Origin: Synergistaceae bacterium
GTDB taxonomy: Bacteria; Synergistota; Synergistia; Synergistales; Synergistaceae
Length of the DNA: 38,500 bases
NCBI GenBank assembly: GCA_031549185.1
Contig: JAVBQG010000054.1
Span: 1-38,500, forward strand
Direction of reading: 5' to 3'
The position numbers were made by a program, and so were the translations under genes. This document shows positions 30,143 to 38,500 of this stretch, piece after piece (position 1 is the first letter of the stretch; each line of letters starts with the position of its first letter). Under the pieces are notes generated by a model that was not told the DNA's origin, did not search any database, and saw only the letters and a program-made list of their open reading frames with translations.

Positions 30143-33100
30143 TGGCTGCTGAGCATCGTCATATAGCTGGGGTTCGCATGAAACTCTCCTCTCCGGAGAG
30201 AGTGCGCGAGCTGTCCAGCGGAGAGGTCAAAAAACCGGAGACCATCAACTACAGAACGCTCCGGCCGGAGAAGGACGGTCTCTTCTGCGAGAGAATATTC
30301 GGCCCCACGCGCAGTTTCGAGTGTGCGTGCGGCAAATACAAGCGCAGCGGCCCCAAATTCCGCGGGGTCGTCTGCGATCGCTGCGGCGTTGAAGTAACGG
30401 ACAACCGCGTCCGCCGTGAGCGCATGGGACACATCGAGCTCGCGGCGCCGGTCGTTCACATCTGGTATCTGCGCGGGATCCCGAGTCGTCTGAGCCTCCT
30501 GCTCGGGACCTCGACGAAGGATCTCGAGAAGGTCGTCTACTTTGCGCCTACCCGTCGCCGGGAGCAGAAATACAAGGTCGTGTCCGACGGCAAGCGCTCG
30601 GACCTCGTGCGCCGCGGCGACCTCGTCACGAGCGGCGAGGAGCGCATCCACAGGCACTACGACCCCAAGTTCAAGGCGGAGGAGGCCTACCGCATCCTCA
30701 AGGTCGACGACATTCCAGTCGACGTAGGCGACGTGATCGGCGCCTCGCAGGTGAAACGCGTCCGCGACGATTTCGGCGAGGATCTCTTCCAGGTAGAGCC
30801 GGCGTTGCGGGTGGTGCATGAGGATGCGACCGACGACACCGGCGAGATCTTCCCCGAGTCGCAGCTTGGGCGCATGAAGGAGCTGATGCCGGACAGGCAG
30901 TTCGTGCCGGTGCACCTGCACAGCCAGGAGGCGTTTTTCGTAACGGCGGTGGTCCACCTTCCCTTCGCGAAGGGCGACGTCATCTCCGAGAGCGAGTACA
31001 GGCTCTATCATCAGAAATACCCCGGCCGTTTTACGGTTCAACCGGAGACGGAGACGGTGGAGGATCCCTGCTCGATCGTCATCGAGGGCAGCGAGTCGCC
31101 GTTCGTCCGCTCCGACATCATTCTCGAGCGCGAAGAGCGCCTTTGCGCAGCGTACGACAAGGGTTTTGTCGGCGGTATCGGCGCCGAGGGCGTCTTTTCG
31201 CTCTTGCAGCGCATCGACCTCGAGGACCTCGTCAGTACGCTGCGTGAGGAGATTGCCGAGTCGTCCGGCCAGAAGAAGCGCAAGCTGGTCAAACGCCTGC
31301 AGATCGCGGAGGACTTCCGTAAGAGCGCGAGCAGTCCCGAATGGATGGTGCTCTCGGTCTTGCCGGTCATTCCGCCGGATCTTCGCCCGATGGTCCAGCT
31401 CGACGGCGGCCGCTTCGCGACCTCCGACCTCAACGATCTCTACCGCAGGGTCATCAATCGCAACAACCGCTTGAAGAAGCTGCAGGAACTTCGCGCTCCC
31501 GATATCATCATCCGCAACGAAAAGAGGATGCTGCAGGAGTCCGTGGACGCCCTGATCGACAACGGGCGCCGGGGCAAAGCCGTTCTTGGGGCGGGAAACA
31601 GGCCGCTCAAGAGTCTCACGGATCTGCTTCGCGGCAAGAAGGGGCGCTTTCGCCAGAATCTGCTGGGCAAGCGTGTGGACTACTCGGGACGCTCCGTCAT
31701 CGTTATCGGGCCGAGCCTCAAGATCTATCAGTGCGGCCTGCCCAAGCAGATGGCGCTAGAGCTGTTCAAGCCCTTCGTGATGAACAAGCTGGTCGAGAAG
31801 GGCCTCGTGCCGAACGTCAAGAGCGCGCGTCGCTTCATCGAGCGCGGCCGCGACGAGGTTTGGGCGATTCTCGAGAACATCATCAAGGATCATCCCGTCA
31901 TGCTCAACCGCGCGCCCACGCTGCACAGGCTCGGTATTCAGGCGTTCGAGCCCGTTCTGATCGAGGGCAAGGCGATTCGCCTGCACCCCCTGGTCTGCAC
32001 GGCGTTCAACGCGGACTTCGACGGCGACCAGATGGCCGTGCACGTGCCGTTGTCGATCGAGGCACAGACGGAGGCGCGAATTTTGATGCTCTCCTCGAAC
32101 AACCTGCTCTCGCCTGCGAGCGGCAGGTCGGTCGTCACGCCGACGCAGGACATCATCCTCGGCATCTACTACCTCACGAGCATGAGAGACGGACTCGTGG
32201 GAGAGGGTTTGCATTTCAGGGACATGGACGACGTGATCTCCGCGATGGACCACGATATCGTCCACGTCAATACGAAGATCAAGCTGAGGGCGATCCCCGA
32301 GTGGAAGGTTTCCTCGAAGGACATCGACGAGCACGGATTCTTCGATACATCTCCCGGTCGCGTGATCTTCAACCAGTCGTTGCATCCGGCGCTTCGCTAC
32401 ATCAACCGTTCGGTGAGCAAGAAAGATCTGAGCTCGCTGCTCGACGATACGTACGATCAGGTCGGGCAGAACGCGATGGTCGACATGCTCGACTCCATCA
32501 AAATCCTGGGTTATCGTTGGTCGACGCGAAGCGGAATCAGCCTCGGCATCGGAGACGTCACGGTCCCGGAGGAGAAAAAGGCGATTGTGGAATACTCCCT
32601 CGGTAAGGAGGCCGACCTCTCCGAGCAGCACGAGATGGGCCTTCTCACGGAGGACGAGTACATGAGGGAAAAGGACTTCATCTGGTCCAACGCGGGCCGC
32701 GAGATCGCGGATCACATCATGGATCACATGAAGACGGAGAACCCTCTGCGTGTCATGGTCGACTCCGGGGCGCGCGGTACGCGCGGGCAGGTGGCCCAGA
32801 TGGCAGGTATTCGTGGCCTGATGGCGGATCCGTCCGGACGTATCATCGACTACCCGATCGTGGCGAACTTCCGCGAGGGTCTCAACATGCTGGAATACTT
32901 CATCTCCACGCACGGCGCCAGAAAGGGCTTGGCGGACACGGCGCTTCGCACGGCGAAGTCGGGCTATCTCACGCGCCGCCTGGTGGACGTGGCGCAGGAT
33001 CTGATCATTACGGAAGAGGACTGTTGCACGGATCAGGGCGTAGAGGTCCGTCCGCTGACGGCGGAGGAGAAGGTCATCATCTCCCTCTCCGAGCGCCTGA

Positions 33101-35148
33101 CCGGGCGCATCCTTCTGCGCGATCTGGCCGACCCGAACACAGGCGAGCTGATTCTTGCCAGGGGCGAGGAGATCTCCTCGAAGATGGCCAAGCAGATCGA
33201 GGACGCAGGCATCAAGTCCGTATGGGTCAGGAGCCCGCTGACATGTGGCCTGAGGCACGGCATCTGCCGCACGTGCTATGGCAGGGATCTGGCGACCCGC
33301 AAGCGTATTGCGGTCGGCGAGGCGGTCGGCGTCGTCGCCGCGCAGTCGATCGGGGAGCCCGGCACGCAGCTCACGATGCGTACCTTCCACACCGGAGGCG
33401 TGCGCCAGTTCACCGGAGAGGACATCACGCAGGGCCTGCCGCGCATCGAACAACTTTTCGAGGTGCGTCGTCCGAAGAAGGTGGCCATGCTGGCCGACCG
33501 CTCCGGCGTCATTGTCGAGATTCGCGAGACGGAGGGCAAACGCAAGATTATCGTCGAGACGAACGATAACGAGGGCATCGAAGAGAGGATCGCCTGGAAT
33601 GTCCCTGCCATTCAGAATTTGAAGACCGAGATTCAGGTCGGCGCCGAAATCCGCAAGGGGCAGGAGCTCACGGAGGGTTACAAGGATCCGCAGCAGCTGT
33701 TGGAGATCGAAGGCCTGGAGGAGGTACAGCGCTACCTGCTCGACGGAATTCAGGAGGTCTACAGGACGCAGGGCGTTTCGATCAACGACAAGCACATCGA
33801 GACGATCCTGCGCAAGGTTGCGCCCGTGAACCGGGTTCGTGTGGCGGAGGAGGGGGACAGTACCTTCGTCGCGGGCGAGCTCGTCTGGCGCGAGGATTTC
33901 GAGGCGGAAGTGGCTGCGATCGAGAAGGACAACAACTGTTACACGTCCGAAGCGGTATCGTTCCTTTCGGGCAAACCGCTGCAGGATATTCTCGGCAACG
34001 GTGTCGGCGATCTCGTGAATAAATACCGGGGTGAAGTGCTGACGGAGGCGTCGATTCACGACATCCTCAAACCTGGACGGGCCATCTCCGATATTATCGT
34101 GCAGGATCAGGACGAGAGCCTGCGCGTCGTCATCGGCGAGGCGGCGTTTCGGCATGCCTTGAGCGGTCTTCTTTTAATAGAGGATTACGAGCAGGACGGA
34201 GAGACGCTCGTGGCGGATGGACATACGCTGGACAACGGGAACCTCTCCGAAATCGTTCGCCATGCGCCGAAGCCGCTCTTGGTCTGCGACACAGACGCAC
34301 TCGATTCGATGAAGGACACGAAATATCTCGCGGAGAACATTGTCGTGGACGGCAAGGTCGTGGCGGAAAAAGATTCGTTACTGACCGAGGGAATTCTCGA
34401 CGTGCTGCGTGTCGGACAGGTCAAGACGGTCAAGGTCTGGAAGACCACGGAAATGATCAACATCCAGGATGCCATGCACCATATTCTGATCGACCACTAT
34501 TTCTGCAAGCCGCTCGCGCAAGCGCTCGATGTGGAAGGAAACGCGATCGAGGACATTCCTTCTATGGTCGATGGCGGGGTTGTACGCGGCTTGGTCGAGG
34601 GAACAATCGTGGCGATCGACCTCGAAGGGACGATTCTCACCCGTGAAAAGCTGTTGCTGCAGGTTTTGAAGGAAAGCGCCTACGGCAAAATCTTGCTCGA
34701 GACAATATTCAACTCGGCCGGGCTCGTCGTTGCCGATGCCCGTCAGGAGATTGGGCAGGATGTGGTCGAGCACATCGTCTCTGCCAGCCCGGAGCAGGTT
34801 ACCGTGAGAGTCCAGTCCGCTCCAACCGAAGTAAGGAAGATTATCCAGAAGGTCGCGTTCATCCGCAGGCTGCGCGAGGTTCCCGAAAGCCGACCGGTCG
34901 TTCACGGCGTTACCAAGGCGGCCCTTGCTACCGACAGTTTCCTCTCGGCAGCCTCCTTCCAGCAGACGGCGCAGATTCTCTCCGCTGCCGCAGTCAGAGG
35001 AGAGGTAGACGCGCTTCAGGGGTTGAAGGAGAACGTGATCATCGGCTTGCTGATCCCTGCCGGAACTGGCATCGAGCGTTACAGCAAGCTTGAAGTGGCG
35101 GAAAAGCCTCATATCGAGGCGAAAGTTGAGGAGGCGCCAGCGGGCTAG
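30142..35148 (+). CDS. rpoC: DNA-directed RNA polymerase subunit beta', unusually long (1668 aa) with lineage-specific insertions
   Basis: TAATG overlap with rpoB. Zn-finger CxxC…CxxC, NADFDGD catalytic motif, bridge helix, trigger loop without an SI3-like insertion, and a conserved C-terminus (LIPAGTG). Confidence 0.97.
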
Positions 35149-35179
35149 GTTGCGTTCCTGAATTTGATCGAAAAATAAA

Positions 35180-35225
35180 GGGGAGCGCATTCCTTCTTGA
35201 CAGGAAGGCGCTCCCCTGATACTAT
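35180..35225 (+). promoter_or_regulatory. GC-rich hairpin (13-bp stem) overlapping a consensus-like promoter TTGACA-N17-TACTAT for the str operon
   Basis: Stem GGGGAGCGCATTCC / GGAAGGCGCTCCCC. TTGACA (35197-35202) is in the loop and right arm, and TACTAT is at 35220-35225. An A-rich run precedes it, giving a T-run on the minus strand. Confidence 0.45.
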
Positions 35226-35331
35226 GGCTCGGTGCTTCTGCACAGTTGGGCGTATTGTGCCCTCACAAAATGGGTGCGAAGTATGGTGGTTACTCATAAA
35301 TTTGACATTTGTAGGGGAAGGAGGAACCAAT

Positions 35332-35706
35332 TTGCCAAGTATATCGCAGTTGATTCGTCATGGTCGCAAAGACAAAAGGGCTTATTCGGGCGCGCCGGCG
35401 CTACAGGAGAACCCTCAGCGCCGCGGGGTTTGTACCCGTGTCTATACGGTGACGCCGAAGAAGCCAAACTCGGCTCTCCGCAAGGTGGCGCGCGTTCGCC
35501 TCACCAACGGGATAGAAGTCACGGCTTACATCCCCGGGATCGGCCATAATCTCCAGGAGCACTCCGTCGTTCTTGTGCGCGGTGGGCGCGTCAAGGACCT
35601 GCCGGGCGTTCGTTATCACATTGTCCGCGGTACGCTGGACTGTGGCGGAGTCGAAAACAGAAAACAAAGCCGCTCGAAGTACGGTGCCAGGCGCCCGAAG
35701 AAATAG
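35332..35706 (+). CDS. rpsL: 30S ribosomal protein S12
   Basis: TTG start 6 nt after GGAGGAA. (L)[12 protein letters not shown]… is the canonical S12 sequence. 124 aa. The track ORF extension to 35197 is upstream open frame. Confidence 0.95.
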   Translation: MPSISQLIRHGRKDKRAYSGAPALQENPQRRGVCTRVYTVTPKKPNSALRKVARVRLTNGIEVTAYIPGIGHNLQEHSVVLVRGGRVKDLPGVRYHIVRGTLDCGGVENRKQSRSKYGARRPKK

Positions 35707-35741
35707 CGGTGTGTCGCTTATACCAGAGAGGAGCATGATCT

Positions 35742-36212
35742 ATGCCGCGTAAAGGGCATGTCAGGCCGAGGGTTACGCCGCCCGATTCGGTGTACTCGAA
35801 CGCTTCGATAGCAAAATTTGTGAATTGTCTGATGCTGGGTGGTAAAAAGAGCACGGCCGAGCGTATTATGTACGGCGCGCTCGAGGTAGCAGGACAGCGT
35901 CTTGGTATCGGGCCCGAAGAAGTCTACGAGAAGGCGATGGGCAATGTCAGGCCGCAGATCGAGGTACGTCCCCGCCGTGTGGGTGGCGCCACGTACCAGG
36001 TCCCCGTCGAGGTTCGTCCCGACCGGGCGCAGGCTCTCGCCATTCGTTGGATTATACAATTTTCGCGCTCCCGCAAGGGAATTCCTATGGTTGAGCGCCT
36101 TGCCCGCGAATTGGCAGATGCCTGCAAGGGCGAAGGTGGTTCCGTCAAAAAACGTGAGGATACTCACCGCATGGCGGAAGCGAACAGAGCATTTGCTCAT
36201 TATCGCTGGTAG
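35742..36212 (+). CDS. rpsG: 30S ribosomal protein S7
   Basis: MPRKGHV… is canonical S7. 156 aa, GAGAGGAG RBS. Confidence 0.95.
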   Translation: MPRKGHVRPRVTPPDSVYSNASIAKFVNCLMLGGKKSTAERIMYGALEVAGQRLGIGPEEVYEKAMGNVRPQIEVRPRRVGGATYQVPVEVRPDRAQALAIRWIIQFSRSRKGIPMVERLARELADACKGEGGSVKKREDTHRMAEANRAFAHYRW

Positions 36213-36278
36213 TGGTTGGGTGTTTTGGCGGTAGCCGAACCGTCCTGGTTTCGGTGCCAAGTCTGGTGGTGAGATAAA

Positions 36279-38345
36279 ATGGCGAAAATCGATCTTTCTA
36301 CAATCCGTAATATAGGTATTGCTGCTCATATAGACGCAGGAAAAACAACCACCACCGAGCGTATTCTGTTTTACACCGGTCGTAAGCATAAGCTGGGTGA
36401 AACTCATGAAGGCGCTGCTACCATGGACTGGATGGAGCAGGAGCGTGAGAGGGGTATAACGATCACCTCCGCCGCAACGACGTGTCATTGGGGAGATACG
36501 CTTATCAATATAATTGATACGCCCGGACACGTGGACTTTACGGTCGAGGTCGAGCGTTCGATGCGAGTGCTTGACGGCGCCGTTTCTGTTTTTTGCGCGG
36601 TCGGCGGGGTCGAACCTCAATCTGAGACCGTATGGCGTCAGGCGGATAAATATAAGGTTCCCCGCGTCGCGTTCATCAACAAGATGGACCGCGTCGGCGC
36701 AGACTTTATGTCGGTGGTCGCGCAGATGAAAGAGAGACTCGGGGCGAGGGCGGTTCCCATCCAGATGCCGATCGGTGTCGAGGATGGCTTTGTCGGTATG
36801 GTCGACTTGGTCAATTTCAAGGCGATCGTCTACGAGGACGACCTCGGGCAGGATTTCAAAAAAGCGGAAGTTCCCCCGCAGCTGCTGGAGGACGCGAAGG
36901 TCGCAAAGGACGCCATGATAGAGGCGTTGGCCGACTTCGACGATGAGATCATGAATCTTTTCCTCGAAGGGGAAGAAGTTTCCGTAGAATTGATGCAGAG
37001 GGCGATTCGGAAGAGCACGATTGCGCTTGATATCGTCCCAGTTTTGTGTGGCTCCGCTTTCAAGAACAAAGGCGTGCAGCCGTTGCTCGACGCTGTCGTC
37101 GATTATCTGCCGAGTCCGATCGACATGCCGGACATTCACGGCACGGATCCGGACGACGCCGAAAAAGACGTCATCGTCAAGCCCGACGAAAGCGCCCCTT
37201 TCTCGGCGCTCGCGTTCAAAATCATGGTGGACCCCTTTGTGGGCAGGCTTGCTTTCTGCCGGATTTACTCAGGGGCGATTTCGAACGGAACGTCGATCTA
37301 TAATGCTACAACGCACAAGCGCGAGCGCATCGGAAGAATTCTTCGCATGCACGCGAACAAGCGCGAGGAGATGGAAGAGGCCTCGGCGGGGATGATCGTC
37401 GCGATCCCCGGTTTGAAGCAGGTTCGCACCGGCGACACGCTTTGCGCGGAGGATTTCCCGGTCATGCTGGAGAATCTCATCTTCCCCGAGCCCGTCATCG
37501 ACCTCTCGGTCGAACCGATGAGCAAGGCGGATCAAATCAAGCTTGCGAAGGGCCTTGAGGCCCTTTCGGAGGAAGACCCGACGTTCCGCGTCTCTGTGGA
37601 TCAGGAGACGGGGCAGACGATCATCGCCGGCATGGGCGAGTTGCACCTGGATATCATCGTAGATCGCCTGCGCAGAGAGTTCAACGTCGAGGTCAAGGTG
37701 GGCCGCCCGCAGGTTGCGTACCGGGAGGCGATCAAAGCACCCGCCCGCGCGCAGGGCAAGTTCGTCCGGCAGTCGGGCGGACACGGTCAATACGGCGACG
37801 TCGTACTGGAGATAGCGCCGCTCGAAGGGCACAAGGGCTACGAGTGGGAGGACAAGATCGTCGGCGGCACCATTCCCAAGCAGTTCATCCCGGCTGCTCA
37901 GAAGGGCGTCGAAGAAGCCATGGGCAACGGAATCCTCGGCGGATATCCAGTGATCGGAGTCAGGGTTGCCATCGTCGACGGCAGTTACCACGATGTCGAC
38001 AGCTCCGAAATGGCCTTCCGCATCGCCGGTTCGATGGCCTTCAAAGAGGCGATGAGGCTTGCCAAACCGGTTCTGATGGAGCCCGTTATGGACGTGGAGG
38101 TCGTCGTTCCCGAGGAGTATATGGGCGACGTAATCGGAGACCTTTCCTCCAGAAGGGGTAAGGTAGAGGGCATGGGTGTTCGCGCGAACGCACGCGTTGT
38201 CAAGGCGTTTGTGCCACTTTCCGAGATGTTCGGCTATGCGACCGATTTGCGCAGCAAAACGTCAGGCCGCGCTTCATATACCATGACGTTCGATCACTAC
38301 GAAGAAGTTTCACAGGATGTCGCTGACAAGCTACTGAAGCGATAA
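36279..38345 (+). CDS. fusA: Elongation factor G
   Basis: [13 protein letters not shown]1 motif, DTPGHVDF motif. 688 aa. Confidence 0.97.
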   Translation: MAKIDLSTIRNIGIAAHIDAGKTTTTERILFYTGRKHKLGETHEGAATMDWMEQERERGITITSAATTCHWGDTLINIIDTPGHVDFTVEVERSMRVLDGAVSVFCAVGGVEPQSETVWRQADKYKVPRVAFINKMDRVGADFMSVVAQMKERLGARAVPIQMPIGVEDGFVGMVDLVNFKAIVYEDDLGQDFKKAEVPPQLLEDAKVAKDAMIEALADFDDEIMNLFLEGEEVSVELMQRAIRKSTIALDIVPVLCGSAFKNKGVQPLLDAVVDYLPSPIDMPDIHGTDPDDAEKDVIVKPDESAPFSALAFKIMVDPFVGRLAFCRIYSGAISNGTSIYNATTHKRERIGRILRMHANKREEMEEASAGMIVAIPGLKQVRTGDTLCAEDFPVMLENLIFPEPVIDLSVEPMSKADQIKLAKGLEALSEEDPTFRVSVDQETGQTIIAGMGELHLDIIVDRLRREFNVEVKVGRPQVAYREAIKAPARAQGKFVRQSGGHGQYGDVVLEIAPLEGHKGYEWEDKIVGGTIPKQFIPAAQKGVEEAMGNGILGGYPVIGVRVAIVDGSYHDVDSSEMAFRIAGSMAFKEAMRLAKPVLMEPVMDVEVVVPEEYMGDVIGDLSSRRGKVEGMGVRANARVVKAFVPLSEMFGYATDLRSKTSGRASYTMTFDHYEEVSQDVADKLLKR

Positions 38346-38373
38346 AAAGAATTTTTGCTGGGAGGCAAGAGAG

Positions 38374-38500
38374 ATGGCAAAGGAGAAGTTTGCAAGAAAC
38401 AAGCCCCACTTGAACATAGGGACGATCGGTCACATCGACCACGGCAAGACGACGCTGACGGCGGCGATCACGAAGACGCTGGCGCGTCACGGCGGAGCGG
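38374..38500 (+). CDS. tuf: Elongation factor Tu, 5' part (3' truncated by the window edge)
   Basis: [32 protein letters not shown]… matches EF-Tu. GGGAGG RBS. Confidence 0.9.
   Translation, partial: MAKEKFARNKPHLNIGTIGHIDHGKTTLTAAITKTLARHGGA

Noticed and set aside
35197-35331. N-terminal extension of the rpsL ORF (track ORF 35197..35706, 169 aa).
   Set aside because: S12 is about 124 aa. The canonical N-terminus [12 protein letters not shown] begins at TTG 35332 with a GGAGGAA RBS. The upstream part covers the promoter and hairpin.

Overview
This is a high-GC (about 65%) bacterial chromosomal window of housekeeping and biosynthetic operons. There is no mobile element, CRISPR array or obvious horizontal island. 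Gene order and strand, left to right:

- polyamine cluster speA (5' truncated), speE, speB plus a carbon-nitrogen hydrolase (+)
- PAS-GGDEF diguanylate cyclase behind an unusually AT-rich intergenic island (+)
- COG1031-type radical SAM/HhH protein (-)
- nadE (+)
- yebC, ruvC, ruvA, ruvB, DUF2905, SpoIID-like, queA (+)
- FTCD-C-like cyclohydrolase and a stand-alone MetH activation-domain protein (+)
- metF and metH, the latter lacking its activation domain (+)
- bidirectional terminator
- convergent minus-strand serC, serA and a histidine-phosphatase-fold gene
- Na+-decarboxylase beta subunit (-) divergent from a carboxyltransferase 5S/OadA-like gene (+)
- flotillin (-)
- tRNA-Leu(CAG)
- rpoB, a very large rpoC (1668 aa), then rpsL, rpsG, fusA and the start of tuf (+)

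The most interesting signals:

1. A 45-codon leader ORF with a Ser-codon run (SSSSSDSTSGAS) followed by a strong intrinsic terminator immediately upstream of serC-serA. This looks like a serine-specific transcription attenuator.
2. A PGM-fold phosphatase translationally coupled to serA, a candidate non-HAD phosphoserine phosphatase.
3. A two-copy composite REP-like palindromic element.
4. A structured GC-rich region with alternative GGCGGG/CCCGCC/GGCGGG pairing upstream of the metF promoter.
5. Large lineage-specific insertions in rpoC and an acidic C-terminal tail on rpoB.

The track also lists many long shadow ORFs antisense to real genes. These are artefacts of the high GC content.
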